This document shows, in pieces, positions 1 through 13,441 of a DNA stretch of 64,000 nucleotides. Each line of letters begins with the position of its first letter. Position 1 is the stretch's first letter. The stretch spans positions 30,615,190 through 30,679,189 of the forward strand of contig NC_085846.1 of the NCBI RefSeq assembly GCF_035594765.1, in the 5' to 3' direction. The position numbers were made by a program, and so were the translations under genes. The notes under the pieces were generated by a model. It was given only the letters and a program-made list of their open reading frames with translations, searched no databases and had not been told where the DNA came from. The DNA is from Anolis carolinensis. Its lineage: Eukaryota.

Positions 1-440
1 TCATAGAATAGTAGAGTTGGAAGAGACCTCGTGGGCCATCCAGTCCAACCCCCTGCCAAGAAGCAGGAAATCTCATTCAAAGCACCCCTGTCAGATGACC
101 ATCCAGCCTCTGTTTAAAAGCCTCCAAAGAAGGAGCCTCCACCACACTCCGGGGCAGAGAGTTCCACTGCTGAACAGCTTTCACAGTGAGGAAGTTCTTC
201 CTGATGTTCAGGTGGAATCTCCTTTCCTGTAGTTTGAAGCCATTGTTCCGCCTCCTAGTCTCCAGGGCAGCAGAAAACAAGCTTGCTCCCTCCTCCCTAT
301 GACTTCCCCTCACGTATATGTACATGGCTATCATGTCTCCTCTCAGCCTTCTCTTCTGCAGGCTAAACATGCCGAGTTCTTTAAGCCACTCCTCATAGGG
401 CTTGTTCTCCAGACCTTTGATCATTTTAGTTGCCCTCCTC
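1..440 (-). mobile_element. CR1 LINE 3' fragment (ORF2 C-terminus and 3' tail)
   Basis: ORF 77..454(-) reads [52 protein letters not shown], typical of CR1 ORF2; (ATTCTATG)-type tail at position 1; closely similar to 23530-23975. Confidence 0.92.
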
Positions 441-550
441 TTCAGAGGAGACATCTTCAGAGGTTGCTTGCCATAGATGTGGGTGAAACGTCAGGAGAGA
501 ATACTTCTGGAACATGGCCATACAGCCTGGAAAACATACAACCACCCTGT
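441..550 (+). mobile_element. Penelope-like element terminal fragment with degenerate hammerhead motif
   Basis: gcttgccatagatgtgggtgaaacgtcaggagagaatacttctggaacatggcc matches the arms at 33622-33820 and the fragments at 57272 and 59419. Confidence 0.75.
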
Positions 551-574
551 AAACCCCCAATGCAATTCTGGACT

Positions 575-800
575 TTTGGGAAGCACTACTGCCACTTTAT
601 TCTGCTTTGATTAGATCTCACCTGGAATACTTTGTTTAGTTATAGGCACCACCATTCCAGGAACACATTGACAAGCTGGAAAATGCCCAGAGAAGGGCAA
701 GCAAGATGATCAAAGCTCTGGAAATCATCCTCTATGAGAAGTTGTTTAGGGAACTGGGTAGTTTTAGTCTGGAAAAGAGAAGGTTAAGAGGTGACATGTA
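575..800 (+). mobile_element. Older CR1 ORF2 fragment
   Basis: cacctggaatac..gacaagctggaaaatgcccagagaagggcaagcaagatgatc..gagaaggttaagaggtgacatg (HLEY..DKLE..QRRA..M..RRLRGDM). Confidence 0.8.
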
Positions 801-1027
801 GATGGGACTAGTGCTCTTTTCCACCTGCAGCTTTTGTTACCATGGAGAAGGTGTAGCTGTTCCTACCACAAAAATCCATTGAGGAAAAGCTTATCACTAG
901 ATAAGTTTCTTATCACTAAAACCCATTTTTAACCATAACATTCCTAATAACTTACCACATCACCAAAAATATCCTTACCACAAAAATCTGCTGCAAAATC
1001 ATAAAAAATTACAACTAATGTACCACC

Positions 1028-1320
1028 GGGGGCCCCTGGTGGCACAGTGTGTTAAAGTGCTGAGCTGCTGAACTTGCGGACCAAAAGGTCCCAGGCTCAA
1101 ATCCCGGGAGCGGAATGAGCGCCCGTTGTTAGCCCCAGCTCCTGCCAACCTAATAGTTCAAAAACAATGTGAGTAGATCAATAGGTACCGCTCCGGCCAC
1201 ATGACCTTGAAGGTGTCTAAGGACAACGCCGGCTCTTCGGCTTAGAAATGGAGATGAGCACCAATCCCCAGAGTCGGTCACGACTGGACTTAACATCAGG
1301 GGAAACCTTTATCTTTACCT
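1028..1320 (+). mobile_element. Sauria SINE
   Basis: tRNA-derived head (ggtggcacagtgtgttaaag..ggctcaaatcccg), conserved body, (ACCTTT)n tail; TSD taatgtaccacc/taatgaaccacc. Confidence 0.92.
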
Positions 1321-1767
1321 TAATGAACCACCAAAAAAAAAACCAAAAAAAAAACCAATCACCCTTACTTGCTACCCAAGATATGCATATCCTATCCTAC
1401 CACATAAAAATCCATTAGGACTGAAAGACAGAATATGATAGTTCTTTTAAAATAAGAAAATACAGCATTATTTTAAAAATCTGTATTTATAATAAGGAAA
1501 AATTCTTTCCTCCCTTATCTCCAAACCTTGTCTCATGTGAGGTTATCTTATATCTAAACTACAAATGATATGTTAACTGGCAGACACTCCAGTTCTGATC
1601 TAGACTTGACACAACCTCAAAACAAGTCTACCTAGTTTTTGCAAGTCTTCTCTCATTTTCATTTATACTGGGCAGATTGCGGGAGAGATGTTTTCTAGAT
1701 TTGTAATGTTTGTAATCACTGCTATATATAAACATGTATACACCATCGCTGTGAAGCCTTTAACTGC

Positions 1768-1996
1768 GAGGATGCATTTACACTGTTGAATTAATGCAGT
1801 TTGACATCATATTGACCCATGACAGAGTGTGGCATGGCTCACTGTTTTGGAATTGTGTTTCGGTGAGGCACCAGAACTCTTTTCCAGAGAAGGCAACAGA
1901 CCTTGTGGAACTAAAACTTCCATGATTCCAGAACACTGAGTCATGGCAGTTAAAGTGATATCAAACTGCATTAATTCTTCAGTGTAGATGCACCCC
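1768..1996. mobile_element. Non-autonomous MITE (GGGTGCATCTACACTG-type TIR, probably PIF/Harbinger)
   Basis: Inverted ends gatgcatttacactg..ttaatgcagtttga / tcaaactgcattaa..cagtgtagatgcaccc; related copies at 24083-24617 and 60768-60938. Confidence 0.65.
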
Positions 1997-1997
1997 T

Positions 1998-2236
1998 GGA
2001 GCTCCTGGTGGTGCAGCAGATTAAAAAGCTGAGCTGCTGAACTTGCTAACCGAAAGGTCAGCAGTTCGAATCCAGGGAGTGGAGTAACAGTGCTCCATGC
2101 AGTCATGCTGGCCACATGACCTTGGAGGTGTCTACGGACAATGCTGGCTCTTCGGCTTAGAAATGGAGATGAGCACCAGCCCCCAGAGTCGGACATGACT
2201 AGACTTCATGTCAGGGGAAACCTTTACCTTTACCCC
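1998..2236 (+). mobile_element. Sauria SINE (internally deleted)
   Basis: Head, body and tail match the 1028 copy; 13-bp TSD tagatgcacccct (1985-1997) / tagatacacccct (2237-2249). Confidence 0.9.
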
Positions 2237-2650
2237 TAGATACACCCCTAGGCTCAATATTCTTATGGAATGTTAATATTTTTGGGGCCCTGGACCAATT
2301 CCACCCACTTGAAATTGATAATTCATATCAGTCAAGCACAACTTTTTCAGACCAAGGGTAAGGAAAATGCAGCCTGGAGGTCCTCCCTGAAATCCGTCTC
2401 TGTAGCTCCTGCAGACTCCTGGTACTCTTGCAAAAAACTCAATACTTCAGTTCTGCTCTCCCTAAACATGAAAGAACTGATCACAAATATAACACTTTAT
2501 TTCATTTTATCTTCCATAACCCAAATTCCTAAAACAAACAAACCTCAAAAATTGGACTGGATTTGATCTAAATTATGGTAAAAATTGGTCCCCACTTTTG
2601 TGCAGTTGCTAACCTCTGCTTTTGACGTTGTTGGATTACTTTGCCACTGA

Positions 2651-2780
2651 GGTCCCTTCTACACTGCCCTATATCCCAAATTCTGATCCCAAATTATCTA
2701 GCAGTAGAAACTCATAATCCAGTTCAAAGCGGAAAACCTGGGATAAGATCTCAGGATATAAGGACAGTGTAGAAGGGGCC
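2651..2780. mobile_element. PIF/Harbinger-type palindromic MITE
   Basis: TIR ggtcccttctacactg / cagtgtagaaggggcc flanked by 3-bp TSD TGA (2648-2650, 2781-2783). Confidence 0.8.
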
Positions 2781-3730
2781 TGAGTATGCTGCTTAGGGCT
2801 GTAAAGCAGTGAGGTCCATCCAATGCATGGACCACTATACAGGGCTTCTTAAACCTTTTCCACTCATGACCCCTTTCCACCTGAGAAATGTTTACATGAC
2901 CCCGGATATATAAGGGAACAAAATAGGTATAAACATTAAAACATTTTCTGATAATAAATCAACATTTTCAAGGCTTGCTAAACAGTCCCATTTAGTTTTT
3001 ATAGAGCACAAAGGAAGCATTTTCTGCAGAGGCCACTGTAAACCCTGCACATTGTTAGTAACAAATTTGTGTACATGGATGGTGTTCAGAAACCTTTTAT
3101 TGTTGCTAATTTTTGTGACCCCAACATTGAGCTAAGGGACCCCTATACAGTTCAGGACCCAGACAATGATGTAAACAGTTCTGAAGAATGCTTGTCCAAA
3201 ATTTGGGGTTTTTTGATGCCCTGCTCTGAAGACATCCACTCAGCAGAGCACCCCAGGTGCTTCCCATTCATAATATCCAGAACTGCATTTGTTAGAACTT
3301 GAGGTAACATTTCAGATGACGAACCAAACTTTAAAAATGCTGCCTTGGCCTTTATCATCAGCTAGTGTTCTTATGGTGAGATCAATCTAATGTAAACTCA
3401 GGGTGATTCATTCTGGTTTTGCTCTACCCATTCTACCTCTGCTCCTCTTAAGGATCTTCTAGCAGACTTAAGGATTGAGGATGTACCTCTATGGTTCTTC
3501 CTCCCACAGCTGTGTCTGCAGATATATATTACTGTTAACATGTTAACAGTAACAACTCACCCCTATACCTCCCACAGACAACACCCATTGATGGCTTGCA
3601 ATCTTCATGCAAAAGCCATCCCCTTTCTCCACCCTGTGATACCCAGCTGGTTACTAAGAATGTAATCCATTCATTAGACTTCTGCGGGGTATTTGGTCTT
3701 CATCCTTTTCTCCTCTTATTGAGTATCATC

Positions 3731-3921
3731 ATGGAACAGTATCAGTGGATCCTGCTGCTTCTCACTATCTTCATGACTGGAATCTTCTTCTTTTACCACC
3801 AGAGTCCAACCTTCAGTTTCTACTGCAAGATGTTCTTGTTCAATGGCTGGATCATACTGATGGCCACCATACTTTCTCCGTGCATAACTCTATTTTATGG
3901 GCGAAGAGTAGAAAATATGAA
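3731..3921 (+). CDS. AGPAT1/2-like coding exon 1 (hydrophobic N-terminus, ..GRRVENMK)
   Basis: [30 protein letters not shown](K); donor AA|gtgagt at 3922. Confidence 0.9.
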
Positions 3922-6900
3922 GTGAGTAGAAGTTCTGTTTTTCTTTCATCAACTGTTTGTGGGTGGTCATATCTATAGGGGGAAATGTATGTTCCTGGCA
4001 CTAGGCATTTCTGCTTGCCTACCAAAAGACAGTTCAACTTTTCAGGGTTTTTTTGTCAATGCTGCTTGGAATCAGACTCCTGACTTGGTTGTCATCCCCA
4101 CTTGACAGCCCATCCCCATCTGGCTCAAGTTAGTTGGTAGCCAGCCCTTTCTTCATGTAACAAAAGAAGTATTCCCAGAAATGTCATGGGCTGCACTGCT
4201 ATATAATCCAGATTGTTTTGAACTGGATTATCTGGCAGTGTAGACTCATATAATCCAGTTCAAAGCAGATAATCTTGATTATCTGGCCTTAGATCATTGA
4301 AAGAGAATTATAGTACCAGTCACTTGTATTCCATTCTCTTTGCATTCTCCATTCTCCTATGTAATCTCAGTTGAAACTGACAATAAAAAAATTTAAAAAT
4401 GGGGTCAAAATGAGGTTAGGAGGGTTGAAAGGAAGTGTGCTTGCCTATTACTAAAACAGCACAGAGAGACTCAAATAATCAAACCAAAAACCCACACAAA
4501 TATACTAAAGTAATGAAGGATGAGACTAGACTGAGAAATAGTTAGGAAAGAGGGTTATATTTGAGTGGTTACAGCAGCGCAACAACAGTAAACACAGAAC
4601 TGCTATCAAACTCTTTCAAAAACCTTCCTCCTGTTACACATCAACTAGCAAAAAAGCCAAAAATTAAATTTCCCCCCAATCACAGCAATGGCAGGATGCT
4701 GCTAGGATTGTTCCCTATACATTTGAACTGTGAATAGTCAATACCGGTAAGCAAAGCTCAAATACCTCTCTTCCCTTTTGGTTTTCCTTCACTGGTATCT
4801 GTTCAGAATATGTTGAGGATATGTTATCGGGCTTTCTTTTCTTGTTTGGGTGACTGAATTGGTTTAAAATGATACAGGTGGAAAAAACAAAGGCTTCTGT
4901 TGTCCACTAGGGAGCACTAGAGAGAGAAAGATAGTCCATTTTATTGGAAGGAGAGTAGGTTTATTTATTTATTTATTTATTTATTTCCAATATTTCTATC
5001 CCGCCCTTCTCACCCGAAGGGACTCAGGTTGTAAAACCATTTCATCCTGTTTTCCTGTTATTCCCCCCACCCATGTCCCCATTGTGAAAACAACCCTCGT
5101 TTATGATAAGGGAAAGGAGAGGGGGAATAACCAGCAAAAATGGGGCAAATGGTTTTCCTCCTTCAACTCCCCCCAATAAAACAGACTATCCTTTTCTCTC
5201 TAGTGCCACCTAGTGGCCTCCGCCTGGATAATGGAACAGTACCAAACAAAGTAATGAAATTAACTTTATATAGCATAAAATCATATTAGTTTATTTATTG
5301 AGAAAATAAAAAGTACATAAATTAACGTAAATACTAACTAAATGTCCATAAATTGGTGCAGAAAAAAATATATATTTATGTCACTTAATTATCCCTTGCA
5401 ATAGAATCTATATAAATCTTTCTTAGCCTTTTTGCCCTGAAGGAATATTTGAAATCACTTTCAGGTCTCAAGGAACCCTGCATAAAAATTGCTTTTATTT
5501 GTTGTTGTTCTTGTTGTTTGTCTTCAAATCATTTCCATCTTACATTGACCATAAGGTGAACCTATCATGGAGTTTTTTGGGGGGTTAAGAGACTTACCCA
5601 GTGGGCTTCCATGGCTGAGTAGGGAATTGAACTGTGGTTTTTAGTTGTGGTTAAACAACTAAAAATTATTATATTGATTGCTAAAAAGAAGCTTATTTTT
5701 TCAGTCACAGTTGTTGTCCACAATGTCAGCGACATCATAGTTCCCTTCTAAACTGCCATATAATCAATATTATCAAATAATATAATCCAGATTATCTGCT
5801 TTGAACTGGATTATATGAGTCTACACTGCTATATAATCCAATTCAAAGCATATAATCTTGATTATATGGCAGTGTAGAAGAGGGCCTCAGCAGACCCTAG
5901 GATGCTGTGTAGTAAGCCTGATCTATACAGATCTGTAGTTTGATCTTTCATTCTTTATGACAAACCAAACATGGTAACAAATGCCTTTATTTTTACATCT
6001 GTGTGAGAGTGTTTTTTCTCCTATCAGCCAGGGATGAAGGCATAGGCTGGAATCCTTTTAGTGCTTTATACCTGATTAGGCAAGTTTAAGTATTTTTCTG
6101 AAGTTGCATAAGAAGGTATCCACCACCTCTTTAGGCGATTATTTTCCCCAGGCTGCCAGGCACAGCATCATATCTGACCCACAAGACCGCTGGCTGTGGT
6201 ATTAAGCCTGCTGTGTATCACTCTCAATGACAATACAACTGTTGAACTTTGCTTGGATATTATATGGATATTAGAACATATTGTGTTGGTGGATATTGTG
6301 TTGTGTTGATGAATATTAGAGCATGTTGTGTTGACAGTGTTTTTAGGTGTGTGATTTTCTAATCATGCTGCCTCACTTTTCATGACCAGCAGCCAGCCAT
6401 ATGACCGACCCTTAGAGTTTCCCAATATAAAGCAGCTCCAACATTTCCCAATATGAAGAGGTGCTAATGAGGACAGAGAAAGGGCTTCAGGAAGTCACAC
6501 AATTAGCATCCCTATTAGGAGGCAAGACTGCTGTAATCTCAAGAACATGGACAGAGAAACAACCAAAGAGTTTGTGATAGGTGTGAAAGCAACAAAATGG
6601 ATTTTCTTTGTGAGCTCAGTGCCACCATCTGGAATGAAAATATAATCCTGCTTGCCTTTGAAGCTAGCATGCTGACAGATGGATTGCACAAGATTGCCTG
6701 CATCTTGACTTGCCCAGAATATCCTGAAACATTGTTCTTCCCCTGATTTCTAAACTTCTCTTTGATTTCAGATTAGACTTTTATGTTGCCATCATTTTGT
6801 GATGTTGACTGTTTGTTTTATGTTCATCTTAATACAGCCTTCCCATGACATCACTGTCGACTTGGCTGTTCTTTTCCTGATTCTTTTTATTTAGTAGGAC

Positions 6901-7176
6901 TGACTGGGAGTTGGGGACTTGAGGGAGGGTAGATGGGATGTGTGCATGTGCATTTGGGGCTTGGAGATAGAGTCACCCTTTCAGAACAAAACAGATATCT
7001 GCCCTCCTGTATTCAGTAAGCTCCCAAAAAATAGATCAGGGCCACCACTGAAAGCTGCGACATGAAACAGCTCGTGGTTTACCCGAATAGCACAAGTCTG
7101 ATACCCACCAAACACAAAAGTATATAGGAAGTCCATTCTAGAGCACAGCTTATATTAGTGTGTGTGTGAGAGAGAG

Positions 7177-7240
<64 letters not shown>

Positions 7241-7575
7241 CATATACAGTAGAGTCTCACTTATCCAACATTCATTTATCCAATGTTCTGGATTATCCAA
7301 CACATTTTTGTAGTCAATGTTTTCAGTACATCATGATATTTTGGTGCTAAATTCGTAAATACAGTAATTACTACATAGCATTACTGTGTATTGAACTACT
7401 TTTTCTGTCGAATTTGTTGTCTAACATGATGTTTTGGTGCTTCATTTGTAAAATCATAATCTTACTTGATATTTAATAGACTTTTCCTTAATCCCTCCTT
7501 ATTATCCAACATATTCACTTATCCAACATTCTGCCGGTGCGTTGATGTTGGATAAGTGAGACTCTACTGTATGTA

Positions 7576-7614
<39 letters not shown>

Positions 7615-8087
7615 AAGAGTGATGGAATCAGGGCACTGGACAAAACAACAAAACTACAGGCCTCCCAACCTCGAAATTTGACAACACAACCCATCATCCA
7701 CGCCTCTAGGCTGATACAACAAAAGAAAAGAAAACGAAAGTCCTAATTAGAGGGAGAGGAATAATTGTTTTTATCCAATTGCTGCCAGTTAGAATAAGCT
7801 CCGCCCACTTGGTCTCCTAGCAACCCACTCAGCCCAGGGGACAGGCAGAGTTAGACCTCACTTTGACCTCTTCCACACTGCCTATAAAATACAGATTATC
7901 TGATTTTAACTGGATTATATGGCAGTGTAGACTAAAGCCCCTTCCACACAGCTATATAACCCATTTATAATGGACTTAATGTAAGGTAAAACTTTTACCC
8001 TTTACCTTAACTACCACCAATTCCTCAATACTTTATTTCACATACCACCATACTTCGCCACAGCAATGCGTGGCTGGGCACAGCTAA

Positions 8088-8143
<56 letters not shown>

Positions 8144-11100
8144 AGGTGGGGACCCGTCATCAGAAGGAGCTCTTTTTGATGTCCGATTTCCATGAACTTT
8201 TCTTTTATAGAGAGCATTGGTGGGCCAAAAATAAAGACTCAGTAGAGATAAAGGTTAATTTCTGTTTTATTTTTATTTATTTAGTATTTATATTGATATA
8301 GCAAACTGTTGAACAATGACAAAATAATTTGCATATATATCTTGGGGGGTGTGGGATAGTGATATGTGGACATAGTACAGATTGAGCATCCCTTTTCCAG
8401 AATCCCGTATGAATGACTGGAATTGTGATACCTTGGGTAAAAATAGATAAAGCCAATACAACTATCATAAAGAGAACTGTGCACATGGTTAAAGATAATA
8501 TAGTGGAAATATGGTTGGGGAGTTGGGTGATGGCGGGAATAACACAGGAGTTTTATTTTATTTTTCTTTATTTTTTATTATTGTTTGCTCAAAAAAAGTA
8601 GTAAAGATATAAACAAAAGAAATGAATAATATCTTCGGAATTCTGGATACAAAATGCACCAAACGAAAATAAGTGTAAACACGAAAAATGGGATTTACAC
8701 ATTTTTATACAAAAGGTTTATGAATATCTGCACCTAATTGAAATTAGTGTAACTAATGTGATGAAAATGTATTAAGAAACAACAGTAATATAGGAAGAAA
8801 TAAAGATCGTGACATCTTTGCTTTCTGATGGTTTAATGTACATCCGCTATGTTAATAAGGTGTATATCAAACATACATGAACGTCATGTTTAGCCTTGAA
8901 ACCTGTTTCCAATATATCTCTTCTTTAATTTCTACCCTCTATAGAAATAATGAAATTTTGTATAATTGGCTTGTAGTAGGAATTGCTGAAGGATGTATTT
9001 CTTCAATGGTAATTAACTTACATAGGTGTCACAACTTCCAGTGGTTTCTTGATAAGCAAATTAAGGAGAATATTCATGTCTTAATCACGTTTGAAAACAG
9101 AATATAGAACTTTACAGCACAAAGCAGGCAAATCGGCATTGAAGCTGGGTAATGGCCATAACCAAGGGTTTAGGGGTTCAAGCCATCCACCACCACCCCC
9201 GAAATTTTTCAGGTTTTAAAAAAGCCTGGTTTACTCATGAATTTTAATAGGTTAACCAAATACCCATGAGTGTCCACTGAAGTTTATCTGTCTTGAGTGT
9301 CCACTGAAGTTTATCGATGGAGCCTGATTTCTAAATTATTTTACATTATGGAACTACTTTTCATGGTTCACTAAAAAAAAGCCGCCCCCCCCCCCCCCCC
9401 CGTGAATGTTCTGCTGATGATCTGCCTTCTCAACACAATTAACCCATCCCTTGCTATTGATGAGAGAAACCTATCAATAGTCCACTCCTTACGTGTGGGA
9501 TAAAGATAGGTGGATGGATCCGTTGGGGAGATGGTGGCGGGGTACAAATAAAGTTTATTATTATTATTTATTATTATCTGTTTTGTCTAGTAAAACATGT
9601 TTGTGTACTGGAGGGGAGGCAACAGAAGTAAGAGTGAGTAGATACATATACATTGGATTTTACCTTTTATTTGTGAGTCAACAACTATTTATTTATTTAT
9701 TTCCGATATGTCTACTGCGCCCTTCTCCCCAAGGGGACTCAGGGCGGCTTACACAATTGGCAGGATCACTACCAGTATATCATAATACAATAAAATAATA
9801 CAACAATTAAAATAGTTAAATAACATAGTAAAATACAATATATAAAAGATTTAACACTATAAACTGAATCCTTGAATTCTGTGGCTCTAAGTGTTACATC
9901 TTGATGATCAAAGAGATGTGCATTTGCTATGCTTGCATAGACCTGAGTGATCCAGTCTTTCTTACTTGAGAGTATGCTGATTATTTGTATTGATGCTTCA
10001 CAGTTATTGTTCTGTTTCACAGTGTTATTTCTGAGTAGGTAAGAAGAGTAATACTTTGGAAAATGCTTTGTGGTGGATTCAGAAAGCAGTGGATTGTAGA
10101 GGTGTGCGTGAAATTTTTTCCTTCATTTCCTTTGTACTGTTGTTTTGTTTTTGTTTTTTTGTTTTTTTAATATAATGTTTATTTATTTTCACTCATTCAA
10201 ATATACATACACTGCAGGTGTTTGTTGCATACAGTGCAATACTTTCATCTATTAGTCTTTCATAATCATTTCTTAGACAATATATTTACAATAAGGGGTC
10301 ACAGGCTTCTATTTGTATAATATATATAATAATATTATAATATCCAAATTTATATCCGTTTCCTCCTTGCCTTCAGTCTATTAGCTTCCTCTATGTACAT
10401 TTTTAGATTAATTTTACATTGAAATGTTGGATCATTGGTTGCCATTCCTTGACAAAGTTCTCTAAAGGTTCTCCTCTTAAGTGCATTGTTATTTTCTCCA
10501 TCATCAGCAACTCTATAATATATTGTTCCAGTTCTGCTAAGGGAGGTACCTCTGGGGATTTCCAGTATCTAGCGTATACTATCCGAGCTGCCACTGTCAC
10601 GTAAAACAAAATTCTTCCATATTTCCTTTCCAATTCTTCTTCGGGCATGTTCAAAAGGTACATTTGTGGTGTCATTTTAAAATTTGTATTTAATATCTTT
10701 TCTAGATGTACATGAATCTGTTTCCAATAGCTGTTTACTTTGTTGCATGACCACCACGGGTGGTAAAATGTACCTTTTTCTTTCCCACATTTCCAGCATT
10801 TATCGGTGCAATTGTTGTTGTTTTGTTTTGACCGTTCGTAGGAAACAAGGAAATGACATGAAAATGAAAGTCGCAGCTATCGTGGTTGTTTTCATTTTCT
10901 TTTCATACTGACAGAGAGCTGCTGCTTTCCCACTACAGCTGATGTCTACCAATGGGTCTTAATAATATGCATTGTCCGACTTACCAGGCAAGGGCTGTTG
11001 CAGCTCATCATGGCACTGCAAGGGGCTTCTTCTTCCCAAGCAGCCCTCTCGCCACCCCTGGCCCTTGCTAGGGCACTTCCTGCCTCCTGGCTTTAAAATA

Positions 11101-13383
11101 AATAAATAAATAAATAAATAATACATAAATAAATAATAAATAAGCCTTGCTTTTCTCTTGATGCCTATTTTGGGCCTCTGGCCCAGGCCTCCGCCCTCTC
11201 CTGGTGGGAGGGCTACACACGGCCCTCGTTGGGGCTCTTGCCCTTGAAGCCTGCTTTGACGGCCTCCAGCTTGGGATCTCACTTCCCAGGCCTTCTATTG
11301 CCTTGCTTTCCCTTGGCTTGGGCAGAAATGCCCTCCATGTGTGGCAATTTTCGCCCCTCTAGCCCAAAAGCTGAATGGGGAGGGGGGTGAGCCTCAGAAG
11401 CCCTCCCATTGCAGGCAATGATCCAAAATTTTTCATCTTTTCGTTAGCCAGATGAAAATTCGTGTTGTATAGGCCGGCCATTTCCGTTAGCGGGACACGA
11501 ATATGAAAATGAGACATGAATGAAACTACACAAAACAAACAGCAATTCCACACAAATGCACAACTCTAGTGGATTGTAGGTGCTCTTAGAACCTGTTGCT
11601 GCTTTTCAACTATTACTGTTGAAGATAACAATGATTATTATATCAATAATACATTTATACTAATCTTTGTCCTCATCATCCATTACAACCCGTTGTGACA
11701 GGGGACTCGGCAAAGCTGAACATGCAAGGCAGAGATGAGACAACAATAATAATTACTTGAGTCTAATGCTCACCATTTTTGGCCAAATGACCTTTCCAAA
11801 ATTAGGGTGCATATTACATTTACGACATACAGTATTCTTAGCACTGAGCCAAAGCATAGGTGAAGCTGCTTCAGAAAGTACACCTGGAGCTCCTCTTTGA
11901 GGAATGCCATTTATAATTTAATTGCCAGGGCTCAATGCTATGCAATTTTGGGATTTGTAGTTTGACAGAGGAGGCTCATCACCTTGTCAATCTACAGCCC
12001 CCAGGATTCCATCACATTGAACAAAGGCAATTAAAATGGATTCATTCTATAGCATAGATGCACCCCAAGGTTTTCTTTTCCATCAATGGAAGCATTGGTG
12101 CTCTAACCCAATTGTTTGTAAGGAAGGATTTCTAAGCAGCCAACAACAACAATGCGCAGCTTTTTTGGCCAAATTACAAGGAACACACTTTTGGCCACTG
12201 CACATTGCTTTCGGCAGCAAATACTTTTTTTGGTTTCAGGCTTCTGAAAACTCAGGTGTGTATTAGATTTGATGGTGCATTAGACTCTAGTAAATATGGG
12301 TAATTAGAATTCATAACTGCCTGCTGAGATATTGAGATTTGAATCCTATATTGCATATACATGTGAATAAGTTCCTTTGAGCACAATGTGGCTTCCTTAT
12401 GAATTGGCATGAATATAGGAAGGTGCTATAAATGTTGTGACTGTTTCATACTGAGTATGAATAAAGCCCATTATGAGATTAAATATCTTAGTCTGATATG
12501 ATCTATTCACAGGGATGTAAACCAGACTGAACTAATCATAATTAGTCTTGAATTTATGTTTATAGGATTATACTATTGTAGTGTTTTTTTAAAAAGGAAA
12601 ATAAATTCTTGCTGTCAGTTTGCAGGATTGTCAGCTATTGATGAGTTTGCTTGTCAACAAGATAGAACAGGTTAATCACAGGTAGGAGGCAGATTGATTG
12701 TCCCATAAAGTCCTTAGTCATTGTTAAAAATATGAAGAAATGTCAGTCTTGCTTCCCTCCAGGTATGTAACCATTGATGATGACTCTTTGAACACAATGT
12801 TCCAACCAATTATAGATCTATTTTAGAGTCTCTATCTATTAAGGTTGAGCGAAAAAATAATAAAAGCCGTTAATCGTAATAAATTCGTTAATCGTATTAA
12901 TATTGAACTGGGTTCCGAGGTGGTTTGGTGCTTTGGAATTAACTTTCCAATTTGAAGCATTGGTGCCCATGCCTCGAAATACCTTTGGATAACCTTTCGA
13001 TATATGAGAAAGTGTTTTAATTCAACCAACCGTTGCTATTCAGGAGAGAAATCCTGTTCCCGTCCTGGAGTGGTTGGTTGCTATGGGGCTCTTAAACTGG
13101 TTTGCAGAAGTGGAGCAAGTGGCTTGCAAAGGGTTGCAAGTGGAGGGAAGTCTCGCTCGTTTGCAAAGGGGGATCTTAAACCGGCTTGCAGAAGTGGAGG
13201 GAACCCGGATTTGTAACCTCTGCAGGATCTCCCTTGCAATGTGCTGGCAAAACCACCCAGGTTGGTGAGTGACTGACTTTCCACTTCAGAGGGAGAAGAA
13301 AATTAGAAATGGGCAATGAAAGCAAACTATCACCCTGCTAAGGATTTTCCACAACTCCCCCCTATTATTTTAAATTACCCTGA

Positions 13384-13441
<58 letters not shown>

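Noticed and set aside
1028-1110. tRNA-like A/B boxes as a tRNA gene
   Set aside because: These are SINE heads continuous with the Sauria body and tail; no full cloverleaf
9911-11568. Large DNA transposon bounded by agagatgtgcatttg / caaatgcacaactct
   Set aside because: Short imperfect inverted match without a clear TSD; too degraded to call
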